Source: the human T2T-CHM13v2.0 reference genome, Homo sapiens
Assembly (NCBI RefSeq): GCF_009914755.1
Contig: NC_060928.1
Direction: 5' to 3' (one strand)
DNA length: 64,000 bases
Below the pieces are notes generated by a model. The model searched no databases. It was given only the letters and a program-made list of their open reading frames with translations, and was not told where the DNA came from. The position numbers were made by a program, and so were the translations under genes. This document shows, one piece after another, positions 63,481-64,000 of the stretch; position 1 is the stretch's first letter; every line of letters begins with the position of its first letter.

Positions 63481-63671
63481 AACCATTCCAGGCCTGGACG
63501 GGCTTCTACACGTCCCGCAGCTCACTGAAGGGGCTGGCCCGGCGAGCCAGCGCCTTGTTGTATGCCGGGGAGTCCATGTTCACACGCTACCTGTGGCCGG
63601 CCCCCCGTGGGCATCTGGACCCCACCTGGGCCCTGCAGCAGCTCCAGCAGCTTCGCTGGGCCGTCTCCGAG
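63481..63671 (+). CDS. MAN2B2: MAN2B2 exon 8 (191 nt); the gene continues beyond the window
   Basis: ctcccag|(E)[21 protein letters not shown]...[10 protein letters not shown]|gtaaca; conserved GH38 WTGFYTSR motif. Confidence 0.96.
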
Positions 63672-64000
63672 GTAACACCACATTTAGCCACAGTGGCAGG
63701 ATTGGAACCTCCCATGCTGCGCACCTCCCCTCCCTTGTCCTAGCCAATCCTTCCAGCCCTGGGGCACTAGAGGCCCCACTTTACAGAGGGGAAACTGAGG
63801 TTCCCTTTGGTTACAAGGCCAGTGCATGGTGAACCCAGGCCAAGGCTGAGACCACAGCCTGATCCATCCAGCTGGTGGCCTCATTAAGCTTTGTAGCAGT
63901 TTAGCAAAAGGGATAAAGGACAAGGTGGAGTGGCATTTGTGTCCGACAGCCCTGCCTGCATCCATATCTCGGCTCAGCTGTGTGATGTCAGGCACATGAT

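Overview
This is human (primate) genomic DNA, recognisable as the 4p16.1 PPP2R2C/MAN2B2 interval; nothing prokaryotic is present. The + strand carries the CpG-island promoter and coding exons 1-8 of MAN2B2, a GH38 alpha-mannosidase (codons 1-416, all GT-AG junctions in frame). The - strand carries the distal 5' end of PPP2R2C (PP2A B55-gamma): a CpG island at ~29.2-30.9 kb and a 107-nt alternative exon (1639-1745) encoding MREADTLRPPQLMEVS. The rest is Alu, L1M, MaLR/ERVL/ERV1 LTR, hAT and simple-repeat DNA. Main finding: the PPP2R2C CpG island hides an apparent two-exon coding unit (ATG exon ending at 30107, 76-nt intron, 99-nt phase-1 exon 30030-29932). It encodes ...DQGSWCLCQLNGAADLEVSE|, which aligns without gaps to the B55-alpha/delta N-terminus (...NDIQWCFSQVKGAVDDDVAE|A). 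This suggests an ancestral-type B55-gamma isoform that the 107-nt exon, lying next to a UG-rich tract, can switch off. Gene names, paralogue sequences and repeat subfamilies are from memory, not from database searches, and repeat boundaries are approximate.
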